Under the pieces are notes generated by a model. That model was not told where the DNA came from. It was given only the letters and a program-made list of their open reading frames with translations, and did not search any database. 64,000 bases of DNA from positions 2,389,894-2,453,893 of the forward strand of contig CP065018.1 in NCBI GenBank assembly GCA_016700415.1, read 5' to 3'. Positions 46,765 to 56,533 of this stretch are shown in pieces. Position numbers and translations under genes: made by a program. The stretch is from Flavobacteriales bacterium. GTDB taxonomy: Bacteria > Bacteroidota > Bacteroidia > Flavobacteriales_F > PHOS-HE28. The number at the start of each line of letters is the position of its first letter. The first letter of the stretch is position 1.

Positions 46765-46841
46765 GGGAGGGCGTGTTGGTTACTTTTGGCCGCCTTGTTG
46801 CAGCCTTCGCACCGCGAATGAAGCCAAAAATAAGGTTCTTA

Positions 46842-47552
46842 GCGATGCCAGCGCAATTATCTCCCCGGAATCTGTTTCTCGCCACAGCGCTCCTGGCCGT
46901 GGCGAACGTCGCTTCGGCGCAGCAGAAGCCCGTGGAAAAACGGCACCTTGTGGAGATCAAGACCACAGCGGGGCGCATGGTGGTGGAGCTGTACAACGAG
47001 ACACCGGTCCATCGCGACAACTTCCTGAAGCTGGTCCGCGAGCACTATTACGACAGCACGTTGTTCCACCGGGTGATCCCGGATTTCATGATCCAGGGCG
47101 GCGACCCGGACAGCCGCAAAGCCGAAGACCATGCTGTGGCGTTGGGGCAAGGTGGTCCCGGATATACGCTCCCTGCTGAGATCGACACCTCGTTCATCCA
47201 CCGCAAGGGCGCGCTGGCAGCCGCGCGCGGCGATGACGTCGATCCGGAAAAACGCAGCAGCGGCAGCCAGTTCTATATCGTGGAAGGCCGCAAATGGCCC
47301 ACGGCCGATCTGAAAAAGCTCATGGCCCGGATCAACAGTGATCGTCCGGACAGTCTCGCGGTCCATTACACCCCCGACCAAATGGAGACCTACAAGACGT
47401 TGGGCGGCGCTCCACACTTGGATGGTGGCTATACCGTGTTCGGCCAGGTAGTGGCCGGCATGGACGTCCTGGATCTTATCGCGAACCAACCCTGTGACGG
47501 AATGGACCGTCCGCTTGCAGATATCCGCGTTTGGATGCGCGAACTCCAATGA
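46842..47552 (+). CDS. peptidylprolyl isomerase (cyclophilin type), secreted
   Basis: A signal peptide (…LLAVANVASAQQ) is followed by the cyclophilin core (…FHRVIPDFMIQGGDP…). Confidence 0.9.
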   Translation, partial: AMPAQLSPRNLFLATALLAVANVASAQQKPVEKRHLVEIKTTAGRMVVELYNETPVHRDNFLKLVREHYYDSTLFHRVIPDFMIQGGDPDSRKAEDHAVALGQGGPGYTLPAEIDTSFIHRKGALAAARGDDVDPEKRSSGSQFYIVEGRKWPTADLKKLMARINSDRPDSLAVHYTPDQMETYKTLGGAPHLDGGYTVFGQVVAGMDVLDLIANQPCDGMDRPLADIRVWMRELQ

Positions 47553-48649
47553 ACCTGAAAGAACGGATCGAAGCCGTGGAGGCTGAATTGACCGCGGCTG
47601 TCGCGGCATCCGCTGAGGCCGTTGAGGCTTTCCGTGTGGAAATGCTCGGCCGCAACGGAAAAGTGACCGCCCTGCTGGACGCCTTCAAGGAGGTGCCCGC
47701 AGAGGAAAAGCGCCTTTGGGGCCAACGGCTGAACCAGCTGAAAAGCGCCGCCCGAACGCGCTGGGAGGAGCTGAAGGCCGCCGCAGAGGCCACCCCCACC
47801 AAGGCAGCAGGACCCGTGGGCGACCTCACGCGGCCCGCTCTCACCGAGGCCACAGGAAGCCTGCATCCCATCAGCATCATCCGCCAGCGCATAGTGGACG
47901 TGTTCGCGCGGATCGGCTACACCGTGAGCCAAGGTCCCGAGGTGGAGGACGACCACCACAACTTCGGTGCGCTCAACTTCCCTCCGGACCATCCGGCGCG
48001 GGACATGCAGGACACGTTCTTCGTTGAGGACCTTGATCACACTGCGAGGGAGAGGGGTGAGGCCCTCACCCCCGACCCCTCTCCCGGGGAGAGGGGAAGT
48101 CTGGCGCTACGCACACATACCAGCAGCGTGCAAGTACGCGTGATGGAGAGCGGTGCTCCTCCGATCCGCACCATTTCCCCGGGCCGTGTCTATCGCAACG
48201 AGGCCATCAGCGCACGGGCGCATTGCATGTTCCACCAGGTGGAAGGCTTGTACGTGGACAAGGGCGTGAGCTTCGCGGAGCTGAAGGGCACGCTGGACCA
48301 TTTCGCCAAGAGCATGTTCGGGCCGGAGGTGAAGATCCGCTTACGTCCGAGCTACTTCCCGTTCACGGAGCCGAGCGCCGAGGTGGACATGAGCTGCACC
48401 ATCTGTGGCGGCAGCGGCTGCGCCGTGTGCAAGCACAGCGGATGGGTGGAGATCATGGGTTGCGGCATGGTGGACCCTGCCGTGCTGTCCAATTGCAACA
48501 TCGACCCGGAGGTGTATAGCGGCTTCGCTTTCGGCATGGGCGTGGAGCGCATCGCACAGCTGATCTATCGCGTGCCGGACCTGCGGCTGTATTGGGAGAA
48601 CGACGTGCGCTTCCTGGAACAGTTCACCGACGGCGCCTTCCGTGGCTGA
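47549..48649 (+). CDS. pheS: phenylalanine--tRNA ligase alpha subunit
   Basis: ATGA overlap with the upstream PPIase stop. Class II aaRS motifs are present (…GRVYRNE… FHQVEGL… RPSYFPFTEPSAEVD…). It carries an in-frame palindromic insertion and a Cys4 insert (CTICGGSGCAVC). Confidence 0.95.
   Translation: MNLKERIEAVEAELTAAVAASAEAVEAFRVEMLGRNGKVTALLDAFKEVPAEEKRLWGQRLNQLKSAARTRWEELKAAAEATPTKAAGPVGDLTRPALTEATGSLHPISIIRQRIVDVFARIGYTVSQGPEVEDDHHNFGALNFPPDHPARDMQDTFFVEDLDHTARERGEALTPDPSPGERGSLALRTHTSSVQVRVMESGAPPIRTISPGRVYRNEAISARAHCMFHQVEGLYVDKGVSFAELKGTLDHFAKSMFGPEVKIRLRPSYFPFTEPSAEVDMSCTICGGSGCAVCKHSGWVEIMGCGMVDPAVLSNCNIDPEVYSGFAFGMGVERIAQLIYRVPDLRLYWENDVRFLEQFTDGAFRG
48046..48097. repeat. nested palindromic element inserted in-frame in pheS
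   Basis: GAGGGAGAGGGG-TGAGG|CCCTCACCCC-CGA-CCCCTCTCCC-G-GGGAGAGGGG. Two adjacent perfect hairpins of 9- and 10-bp stems are present, and the first GGGAGAGGGG is a direct repeat of the last. It encodes ~RERGEALTPDPSPGERGS, which is absent at this position in the E. coli PheS sequence as recalled. Confidence 0.75.
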
Positions 48650-48656
48650 ACCCGCC

Positions 48657-49916
48657 ATGGCTGAAGCGTTGAAGGCGGACGTCTGCATCCTCGGTGCAGG
48701 CCCCGGCGGATGTGCCACGGCCTTGCAGTTGGCCAAGCACGGAGTGGATACGCTCCTCTTGGACAGGGCCATCTTCCCCCGGGACAAAGTGTGCGGAGAT
48801 GCGCTCAGCGGCAAGGTGATGCGTTCACTCGAACGGCTTGATCCCGCGCTGGCCGTGGAGCTTCGGAAACATGCGGCGTTGGAGCCGAGCTGGGGTGTCA
48901 CCTTCGTGGCCCCCAGTGGCAAGGCATTGCGTGTTCCGTTCAGCCGGGAGACGGGCATCGGTGAGGCACCGGGCGCGATCCTTCCCCGGATGGATTTCGA
49001 TCATTTCATGTTGGAGGCGGTGAAGCGCGATGGCCATGCCCGGATCCTTGAAGGCACACAAGCGAAGGCCTTCGAGCGGACCGCGAACGGCTGGTCGATC
49101 TCCGTGGTCGGAGCGGACAAGACGGAGCGTGCCGTGAGTTGCCGCCTGTTGATCGATGCTTCCGGCGCCAATTCAATTTTCTCCAAGCAGATCGCCGGTT
49201 TGCCGATGGAACCGCGGCACCACTGCGCTGGTGTGCGGGCCTACTACAGGGGTGTCACCGGCTTGGACCCCCAAGGCTTTATCGAGCTGATCTTCCTGAA
49301 GGACCTGCTGCCCGGCTACCTGTGGATCTTCCCGCTGCCGGACGGCCGCGCCAACGTGGGCCTGGGCCTGCGCACCGACATGGTGAAGAAGCGACGAGTG
49401 GACCTGAAAAAGCTGCTGAACGAGCTGATCACCGAGCACCCGCAACTGCGCGAACGTTTCGCGAACGCCAAGGCGGAAGGCCCGGTCCAAGGCATGGGCC
49501 TGCCGCTGGCCAGCAAGCGCTGGCCCATCAGTGGTGATGGATTCATGCTGATCGGCGACGCGGCGCATTTGATCGACCCCTTCACCGGCGAGGGCATCAG
49601 CCATGCCATGATCAGCGGGGTGCATGCGGCCAATGTCGCTGCGGAGGCGCTACAGGCCATTCGGGAGGAGCAAGCGGTCCCACAAGCCGCGCTGAAGGAC
49701 TACGATGCCCATGTATGGAAGCGTTTGGGCAAGGAGCTCGGCATCAGCACCCGCCTGCAGCAGCTCGCGGACCGGCCATGGTTGTTCAACCTCGTGGTGA
49801 ACAAGGCGGCCAGCAATCCGGTGCTCGCGGATACCATCAGCTGCATGTTCAACGATCTGGACATGCGCGAGCGGCTGAAGAAGCCCGGTTTCTATTTGAA
49901 GCTGCTCTTCGGATAG
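48657..49916 (+). CDS. FAD-dependent oxidoreductase, geranylgeranyl reductase family
   Basis: Start MAEALKADVCILGAGPGGCATA (FAD GxGxxG). The protein is ~420 aa of GG-reductase-like sequence. Confidence 0.85.
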   Translation: MAEALKADVCILGAGPGGCATALQLAKHGVDTLLLDRAIFPRDKVCGDALSGKVMRSLERLDPALAVELRKHAALEPSWGVTFVAPSGKALRVPFSRETGIGEAPGAILPRMDFDHFMLEAVKRDGHARILEGTQAKAFERTANGWSISVVGADKTERAVSCRLLIDASGANSIFSKQIAGLPMEPRHHCAGVRAYYRGVTGLDPQGFIELIFLKDLLPGYLWIFPLPDGRANVGLGLRTDMVKKRRVDLKKLLNELITEHPQLRERFANAKAEGPVQGMGLPLASKRWPISGDGFMLIGDAAHLIDPFTGEGISHAMISGVHAANVAAEALQAIREEQAVPQAALKDYDAHVWKRLGKELGISTRLQQLADRPWLFNLVVNKAASNPVLADTISCMFNDLDMRERLKKPGFYLKLLFG

Positions 49917-49997
49917 GAATAGGCCGCTGAGACGCGAGGGCGCGGAGAAGAGGTTCACACGGACTCAGCCTCAGGGGCCAGATACTTTGATCGACGG

Positions 49998-50741
49998 CTA
50001 CGCGACCCGCTCCGCCACCGCCATCCAGTTCCATGGCATGGGCGCGGGCATGTCCGCAGGTGCATCCTCCAGCACGTATGCCCATGGATATTCGATCTTC
50101 TGCAACTCCAATACCTTCATGCCGTGCTGTGTCAGCAGGTCAGCCAGTTCTTCCTTGAGGTGATGCTTTGTGGGCGCACCGTTCACCACAACGATGCCCA
50201 TGTCCAGCTTGGTGGTGTCCCGTGCGGCCTTGCGTTGGGCCACGGCAGGCTTCATGCCTTTCAGCTCGTTCAATTGCACCAAGCGGTGCGAGGCGTAGAG
50301 CGCGGATTCCAGCGAAGGTGTCACCAGCAGCAAGTGGCCACCGGGCTTTACCACGGCGCATATATTGTCCATCATTGCTTGGCGTTTGGCCCGTGAGGCG
50401 ATCAACAGCACGTTGATGCACAGCGCAAAGTCCACGGGCGGGAAGGGCAGCGGCTTGGCCAGGTCGGCGTGGAGGTATTCCACATTGTGGTAGCGGGCGT
50501 TCTTATTTTCAGCAACCGTCAAGCATTCGCTGGAGAGGTCCGTGGCGAATACGCTCGCGAAGTGCTCCGCCAGCATGGGCACCGTACGGCCTATGCCGCA
50601 ACCGATGTCGGCCGCAGTGCGCTTCTTTCCGGCATGTCGCTGCACACGCTGCAGGATCTTCTGCTTCCGGTCATGCTTCGGCACGCTGAAGATGTCCTCC
50701 TCGAAAGTGGCCGCCACATCATCCCAAGCCTGCTCGTCCAT
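49998..50741 (-). CDS. class I SAM-dependent methyltransferase
   Basis: Start MDEQAWDDVAATFEE…. SAM motif I (DIGCGIGR) and motif II/III spacing are present. Confidence 0.75.
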   Translation of the reverse strand: MDEQAWDDVAATFEEDIFSVPKHDRKQKILQRVQRHAGKKRTAADIGCGIGRTVPMLAEHFASVFATDLSSECLTVAENKNARYHNVEYLHADLAKPLPFPPVDFALCINVLLIASRAKRQAMMDNICAVVKPGGHLLLVTPSLESALYASHRLVQLNELKGMKPAVAQRKAARDTTKLDMGIVVVNGAPTKHHLKEELADLLTQHGMKVLELQKIEYPWAYVLEDAPADMPAPMPWNWMAVAERVA

Positions 50742-50819
50742 CGGTGGCCAAGGTCGGGGTTCTTTTCCTGAATGGAAGATAGTGATCAGTGCCCCGACAG
50801 GCATCGGGGCACTGATCAC

Positions 50820-52250
50820 CTACACAGCGCTCAACCGGATCATGTTCGCCATGCCTTGTTCTGCGATGGGCATGCTGGCGATGTTCACCACGAGGTCGCC
50901 TTTTTGCACGAGGGCCTTGCGGCGCAGGATGTGCTTGATGTCGGCGATGGTGTGGTCGGTGCTCACGGTCTTGTCGTAGTACTCGGCACGCACGCCCCAC
51001 ACGAGATTGAGCATGTTGAGGATGCGCTTGTTGCTGGTGAAGGCGAAGATGTGCGCTTTGGGGCGCATGCTGCTGATCTTGAAAGCCGTGTAGCCGCTGT
51101 GGGTCATGGTCACGATGGCCTTGATGTCGATGGCGGCGGCCATGCGCACGCTGGCGGTACAGATGGTGTCGGTCACCATCCGCTCGTGGTCGATCAGGTC
51201 GGGCTCCGCCACGTTGTACATGATCTCGCTCTTTTCCATTTCGAGCAGGATCTTGTTCATGGCCTTCACCACTTCCACGGGGTATTTGCCTACGCTGGTC
51301 TCCGCGCTGAGCATCACCGCGTCGGCATGGTCCAGCACGGCGTTGGCCACATCGTTCACTTCAGCGCGGGTGGGGGTGCTGCTGGTGATCATGCTCTCCA
51401 TCATCTGCGTGGCCACGATCACCGGGCGGTGCTGTAGCAGGCAGCGGCGTATGATGTCCTTTTGCAGCAGCGGCACCTGTTCCATTGGCACCTCCACGCC
51501 GAGGTCGCCGCGGGCCACCATCAGCGCGTCCGACTCGCGGATGATATCGTCGATCTCCAGCATCGCCTCCGGCTTCTCGATCTTGGCGATCACGCGCGCC
51601 GTGCTGCCTTCTGCGTGTATCTGGTGCTTCAGCTCGATGATATCCCGTGCACTTCGCACGAAGCTGAGCCCTATCCAATCCACGCCCTGTGAGAGTGCGA
51701 AAGTGAGGTCCTCCCGGTCTTTTTCCGTGAGGCAGGGGAGGCTCACTTTCGTATTGGGCAGGTTGATCCCTTTGTTACTGCTGAGCATCCCGCCGTAGAT
51801 CACCGTGGTGATCACCTTCTTCTTGCCGTCGGTGTGCTTGACCTGTAGGCGCAATTTGCCGTCGTCCAGCAGCACCATTTCGCCCACCTTGATGTCCTGC
51901 GGGAACTGCGCGTAGCTGGTGCTGACCAGGCCGGGTACGCCTTTCACAGGCTCAGTGGTGATCACCAGCTCCTCGCCTTCCTTTAGTTCGATGGGGCCGT
52001 CCGCCATCTCGCCCACGCGCAACTTGGGTCCCTGTAGGTCCGCAAGGATCGCTGTCGTAAGCCCCAGCTCCTCATTCAGCGAGCGGATGGTGGCGATCAC
52101 CTCCTCGTAGAATTCATAGCTGCCATGGCTGAAGTTCAGCCGGCAGACATCCAGGCCGTTGATCAACATTTCCCGGAGCACTTCACGATTCGAGCTGGCA
52201 GGGCCGAGAGTGGCCACGATCTTGGTCTTTGGATCCGGTGCAGAGGTCAT
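50820..52250 (-). CDS. pyk: pyruvate kinase
   Basis: 476 aa of full-length PK (…KIVATLGPAS…MVARGDLGVE…). Confidence 0.95.
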   Translation of the reverse strand: MTSAPDPKTKIVATLGPASSNREVLREMLINGLDVCRLNFSHGSYEFYEEVIATIRSLNEELGLTTAILADLQGPKLRVGEMADGPIELKEGEELVITTEPVKGVPGLVSTSYAQFPQDIKVGEMVLLDDGKLRLQVKHTDGKKKVITTVIYGGMLSSNKGINLPNTKVSLPCLTEKDREDLTFALSQGVDWIGLSFVRSARDIIELKHQIHAEGSTARVIAKIEKPEAMLEIDDIIRESDALMVARGDLGVEVPMEQVPLLQKDIIRRCLLQHRPVIVATQMMESMITSSTPTRAEVNDVANAVLDHADAVMLSAETSVGKYPVEVVKAMNKILLEMEKSEIMYNVAEPDLIDHERMVTDTICTASVRMAAAIDIKAIVTMTHSGYTAFKISSMRPKAHIFAFTSNKRILNMLNLVWGVRAEYYDKTVSTDHTIADIKHILRRKALVQKGDLVVNIASMPIAEQGMANMIRLSAV

Positions 52251-52660
52251 TGCAAGAGCTTATAGGCGCCTTTGAGGCTTTTGATATCCAAGTGGAACGC
52301 CGTGAGCACGAATTCCGCTTGCCTCACGCGCTCAAGTGCTTGAGCGGGCGAGAGCGTGCTTTCCCCGTCCACCACGAGGAAAAAGTCGGCTTGTCGTTGT
52401 TCATGCACCAGAACACCCTCGGGGGCATGGTTGCTGATCAGCGTGATGTTGGCCTGGGTGGCCTCCTCGGTATGGTCGAAGGCAGAAAAGTAGGCGGGAT
52501 GTTCCGGCCCTTCTTCCTCGATGTCCTTCTTCCGCCGGCCTAGATCGATGCCAAGGCTGTTGTTCAACGACCAACAGAGCCTGTAGTCGTTCACATGGCT
52601 GCTGATCGCGATGAGGAAGACATCGGGGTCCGGGTCGCTATCGAGCTTCAATTTGGCCAT
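52247..52660 (-). CDS. small hypothetical protein (IPExxxVDY-like family candidate)
   Basis: Start MAKLKLDSDPDPDVFLIAISSHVNDYRLCW…. It has a 4-nt overlap with pyk upstream. This small conserved Bacteroidota family has unknown function. Confidence 0.5.
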   Translation of the reverse strand: MAKLKLDSDPDPDVFLIAISSHVNDYRLCWSLNNSLGIDLGRRKKDIEEEGPEHPAYFSAFDHTEEATQANITLISNHAPEGVLVHEQRQADFFLVVDGESTLSPAQALERVRQAEFVLTAFHLDIKSLKGAYKLLQ

Positions 52661-52756
52661 GTCATGGGAAGAACACGCAAAGGTAGAGCGGTGTGAGGCC
52701 CCTTCCACATCATCGCCTGAGAGGATGGCGGAGGCTGACAGCTTCCGGGCAATATC

Positions 52757-53626
52757 CTATTCGTGCCCGCTTTCACTGCTCTGTTCTGGCGTTCGCCCGT
52801 TACGGCCACCACCGCCTCTCCGGCCTCCCCTTCTTTCCCCGGAAAATTTGCGGGAGGTCCGCCGGGTGGTGCGGGCATCCCGTTCTTCATCATCGCCGCC
52901 GCTCCCCGTGGGGCGCAGCCTCAATTTCCGTGATGCGTCCCGAGCGGCCTCCTGCTCAGCTTTCTTCTTACTGTGCCCCTTTCCGGAGCCACAAGCCTTG
53001 CCATCCACATGCACCTCCGCAGTGAACTGCTTGCCTCTGCCGCCCCGTTCATGCTCCTCCGTGAGGACGAATTCCACCTTCTTGCGCTTCTTCTGGCCCC
53101 ATTCCAGCAAGCGGCTCTTGCTATCACGATCCTCTAACTCCACCGTCTTCAGGTCGAAATGGGCGGTGATCAAATTGATCACCGTGGTTTTCGTGCGCTC
53201 AAAGCCCTTGTCCAAGTATAGCGCACCGATCAAGGCCTCCATGGCGTTGCCCGGCACGGAGGTGTCCCTGCCGCTGCCGATCTTCACCTCCATCACCCGT
53301 TCGATCTCCACCTTTTTGGCAAGGATGCTGAGCTGATGCCGGCTCACCAGCTTGCTGCGCATGCGGGTAAGGAACCCTTCGCCCTTATCGGGATATGAGC
53401 GAAAAAGGTACTGCCCTACGATGGTGTCTAAAACAGTATCGCCGAGGAATTCCAAGCGCTCGTTGTCCGGCACGTCGGGCCGGTCCTCGGGCACGGCGCT
53501 GCGATGGCGTAGGGCCTGCCGGTAGAGGGGCAGGTTCTTTGGCGTAACGCCCAATGTCTTTCGGCACCAGGCGCGGATACGGCGCTCCTCGGGGGAGGCG
53601 GCTCGGCTGAAGAGTGCGGCGAACAA
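52757..53626 (-). CDS. rnc: ribonuclease III with Arg/Gly-rich C-terminal extension
   Basis: The RNase III signature (ERLEFLGDTVLD) and a dsRBD (…GSGKGHSKKKAEQEAAR…) are followed by a ~55-aa RG-rich tail (…GERRGGRRGGGGRNGR…). Confidence 0.9.
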   Translation of the reverse strand: MFAALFSRAASPEERRIRAWCRKTLGVTPKNLPLYRQALRHRSAVPEDRPDVPDNERLEFLGDTVLDTIVGQYLFRSYPDKGEGFLTRMRSKLVSRHQLSILAKKVEIERVMEVKIGSGRDTSVPGNAMEALIGALYLDKGFERTKTTVINLITAHFDLKTVELEDRDSKSRLLEWGQKKRKKVEFVLTEEHERGGRGKQFTAEVHVDGKACGSGKGHSKKKAEQEAARDASRKLRLRPTGSGGDDEERDARTTRRTSRKFSGERRGGRRGGGGRNGRTPEQSSESGHE

Positions 53627-53631
53627 AAGCG

Positions 53632-54885
53632 TTAGCTGTACTTGCGGAAGATCACCGAAGTGTTGTGCCCGCCAAACCCGAAGGTGTTGCTCATGGCGGC
53701 GTTGACCGTGCGCTTCTGCGCCTTATTGAACGTGAAGTTCAACTTGGGGTCGATCTCGGGGTCGTCCGTGAAATGATTGATCGTGGGCGGCACCAGGTCC
53801 GTATGCACCGCCATAATGCTCGCGATGGCCTCCACTGCCCCGGCAGCGCCGAGCAGGTGGCCGGTCATGCTCTTGGTGGCGCTGATGTTGAGGCGGTAGG
53901 CGTCCTCGCCAAAAAGGCGCTGGATAGCCTTCACCTCCTGCGGGTCGCCGATCGGCGTGCTGGTGCCGTGGGTATTGATGTGATCGATCTCTCCCGGCTT
54001 CATACCGGCGTCCTGCAATGCGTGCTTCATGCAGAGGTAAGCGCCAAGGCCCTCCGGGTGGGGTGCGGTGATGTGGTAGGCATCGCTGCTCATGCCGCCG
54101 CCCATCACTTCGCAGTAGATCTTTGCGCCGCGCGCCTTGGCGTGCTCCAGCTCTTCGAGGATGAGAATGCCGCTTCCCTCGCCCAGCACGAAGCCGTCGC
54201 GGTCCTTATCGTAGGGCCGGCTGGCGGTGGCGGGGTCGTCGTTGCGGGTGCTCATGGCGTGCATGGCGTTGAAGCCGCCCACCCCCGCCTCGTGGATCGA
54301 AGCCTCACTACCTCCGGTGACCATGGCGTCCACGGTGCCTAGGCGGATGTAGTTGAAGGAGTCGATCAGGGCGTTGTTGGCGCTGGCGCAGGCGCTCACC
54401 GTCACATAGCTCGGGCCGCACAACCTATGGCGTATGCTGATGAGGCCCGAGGAGCCGTCGGCGATCATTTTCGGGATGAAGAACGGGTTGAAACGCGGGG
54501 TGCCGTCGCCGCGACCGAAGTTGATGCACTCCTCCTGGAAGGTGAGCAGACCACCGATGCCGGAGCCGAGGATCACGCCCATGCGCTCCCGCTCCTGATC
54601 GGTCCCCAGCACCAGCCCGCTGTCCTTCATGGCCTCGTCGCTGGCGGCCACGGCGAACTGGGAGAAGGGGTCCATCTTACGGGCCTCCTTCCGGTCCATG
54701 AACTCCGTGGGGTCAAAGCCTTTGACCTCGCAGGCGAACTGCGTCTTGAACTTGGACGCATCGAAATTCGTGATGGGCGCAGCTCCGCTCGTGCCCTTCA
54801 CCAGCGCGTCCCAATACGCCTGGAGCGTATTTCCGAGCGGGGTGAGGGCGCCCAGACCGGTGACAACCACTCGTCTGAGCTGCAT
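53632..54885 (-). CDS. fabF: beta-ketoacyl-ACP synthase II
   Basis: 417 aa with the KAS catalytic Cys region (…SACASANNAL…) and His/His motifs. Confidence 0.95.
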   Translation of the reverse strand: MQLRRVVVTGLGALTPLGNTLQAYWDALVKGTSGAAPITNFDASKFKTQFACEVKGFDPTEFMDRKEARKMDPFSQFAVAASDEAMKDSGLVLGTDQERERMGVILGSGIGGLLTFQEECINFGRGDGTPRFNPFFIPKMIADGSSGLISIRHRLCGPSYVTVSACASANNALIDSFNYIRLGTVDAMVTGGSEASIHEAGVGGFNAMHAMSTRNDDPATASRPYDKDRDGFVLGEGSGILILEELEHAKARGAKIYCEVMGGGMSSDAYHITAPHPEGLGAYLCMKHALQDAGMKPGEIDHINTHGTSTPIGDPQEVKAIQRLFGEDAYRLNISATKSMTGHLLGAAGAVEAIASIMAVHTDLVPPTINHFTDDPEIDPKLNFTFNKAQKRTVNAAMSNTFGFGGHNTSVIFRKYS

Positions 54886-54894
54886 CCGTCAAGG

Positions 54895-55131
54895 TTACTT
54901 CGCGTTCTTCTCCACGTAGTCCACAGCTTGGCCTACGGTTTGGATCTTCTCGGCCTGATCGTCAGGGATGGCGATGTTGAATTCCTTCTCGAACTCCATG
55001 ATGAGCTCGACAGTATCCAAGCTGTCGGCGCCAAGGTCGTTGGTGAAGCTCGCCTCGGGTGTGACCTCGCCCTGGTCTACCCCGAGCTTATCCACGATGA
55101 TGGCGATGACCCTTGACTTGATATCGGACAT
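54895..55131 (-). CDS. acpP: acyl carrier protein
   Basis: Start [12 protein letters not shown]… with the phosphopantetheine attachment site DLGADSLD (78 aa). Confidence 0.95.
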   Translation of the reverse strand: MSDIKSRVIAIIVDKLGVDQGEVTPEASFTNDLGADSLDTVELIMEFEKEFNIAIPDDQAEKIQTVGQAVDYVEKNAK

Positions 55132-55196
55132 ATCCGTTTGTTGTTGGTTGAACAGGGTGCAAAGGAAAGATATTTTCGACACCTGCGACGAAACGG

Positions 55197-55868
55197 CTAT
55201 TTGAATGGCACCAGGACCTCATTCAAAGGCTTGCGGGAAAGGGCGGGTACCCGGCACCCCTCGGCCGGAAATCCCATGGGGATCAAGAGGAAAGGTCGTT
55301 CGTTGGCCGGGCGGCCCAAGAGTGTCGATAAAAAATTCATGGGGCTGGGGGTATGGGTGAGCGTGGCCAGGCCGGCGTGGTGCGCGGCGGCCAGCAGCAG
55401 GCCCGTGGCGATGCCCACGCTCTCGCTCACGTAGTAATTGGGGTGTTTATGGCCACCCTCCTCCACCTCGAAGACGCGCTTGAAGACCACAACCAACCAA
55501 GGCGCCGTCTCCAAAAACGGCTTCTTCCAGTCGGTACCGAACACGGCCAGGTCGCGGAGCCATTCCTCGCTCATGCGCCCGTCATAATTGATGCGCTCTT
55601 CCTCTTCCGCGGCCTCGCGGATCTGCTTCTTTTTTCCGGGATCGCCCACCACACAGAAGGTCCACGGTTGCTTGTGCGCGCCGCTGGGTGCCGAACTGGC
55701 GGCGCGGACCACCTCCTCCAACACCGCATAAGGCACAGGGTCCGGGCTGAATTGGCGCACGGTGCGCCGTCGGTCCATTTCGGCATGGAAGGCCTTGGCG
55801 CGCAACAGCATTTCGCCGACATCACGTCGTTTGAATTCTAAAGGGATCTGATCAATATTGTTCTTCAT
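55197..55868 (-). CDS. nitroreductase family protein
   Basis: Start [12 protein letters not shown]… (…[13 protein letters not shown]…), the nitroreductase fold signature. Confidence 0.8.
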   Translation of the reverse strand: MKNNIDQIPLEFKRRDVGEMLLRAKAFHAEMDRRRTVRQFSPDPVPYAVLEEVVRAASSAPSGAHKQPWTFCVVGDPGKKKQIREAAEEEERINYDGRMSEEWLRDLAVFGTDWKKPFLETAPWLVVVFKRVFEVEEGGHKHPNYYVSESVGIATGLLLAAAHHAGLATLTHTPSPMNFLSTLLGRPANERPFLLIPMGFPAEGCRVPALSRKPLNEVLVPFK

Positions 55869-55897
55869 CTTGAAGCCGAAGGTCGCAACTTCGCGCC

Positions 55898-56482
55898 ATG
55901 GTACGCATCGCCATCCTCGCATCCGGTTCCGGAACCAACGCGCAACAGCTGATGGGGCACTTCCAAGGCCACGCAACTGCGGAAGTGGTCTTGATCTGTA
56001 GTGACAAGCCCCGTGCGGGCGTGGCGCAGCGCGCTTGGGACATGGGCGTGCCGTGTTACCTCTTTAACGGCGCGGCTTTGAAGGACGGCACGTTGCTGCA
56101 CGAACTGGAAGCCTATCGCATCGACCTGGTCGTACTGGCCGGTTTTATGCGCTTGATCCCGGTCGAAATGGTCCTCGCCTTCCCGGACCGGATCACCAAC
56201 ATCCATCCCGCGTTGCTTCCGAAGTACGGCGGCAAGGGCATGTTCGGAGAGCATGTCCATAAGGCCGTGCTGGCCGCCGGAGAGAAAGAGAGCGGCATCA
56301 CCATCCACTTGGTGAATGAAAGGTACGATGAGGGCCAAGTGCTCTTTCAAGCTGCCTGTCCGGTGCTTCCAGAAGATGATGCTGATGCACTTGCCGCACG
56401 GATCCATGCTATGGAACATGCGCATTATCCTGCGGTGGTGGAGGGTATTGTGAACAGCATCCGCGACAAGACGGTGGAATAA
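55898..56482 (+). CDS. purN: phosphoribosylglycinamide formyltransferase
   Basis: 194 aa: MVRIAILASGSGTNAQQL…NIHPALLPKYGG…, the PurN signature. Confidence 0.9.
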   Translation: MVRIAILASGSGTNAQQLMGHFQGHATAEVVLICSDKPRAGVAQRAWDMGVPCYLFNGAALKDGTLLHELEAYRIDLVVLAGFMRLIPVEMVLAFPDRITNIHPALLPKYGGKGMFGEHVHKAVLAAGEKESGITIHLVNERYDEGQVLFQAACPVLPEDDADALAARIHAMEHAHYPAVVEGIVNSIRDKTVE

Positions 56483-56533
56483 TTCCAAGGACTTGTGGGT
56501 CTGCATCCAGACCTTCCCCCCGAACTTCGCCCC

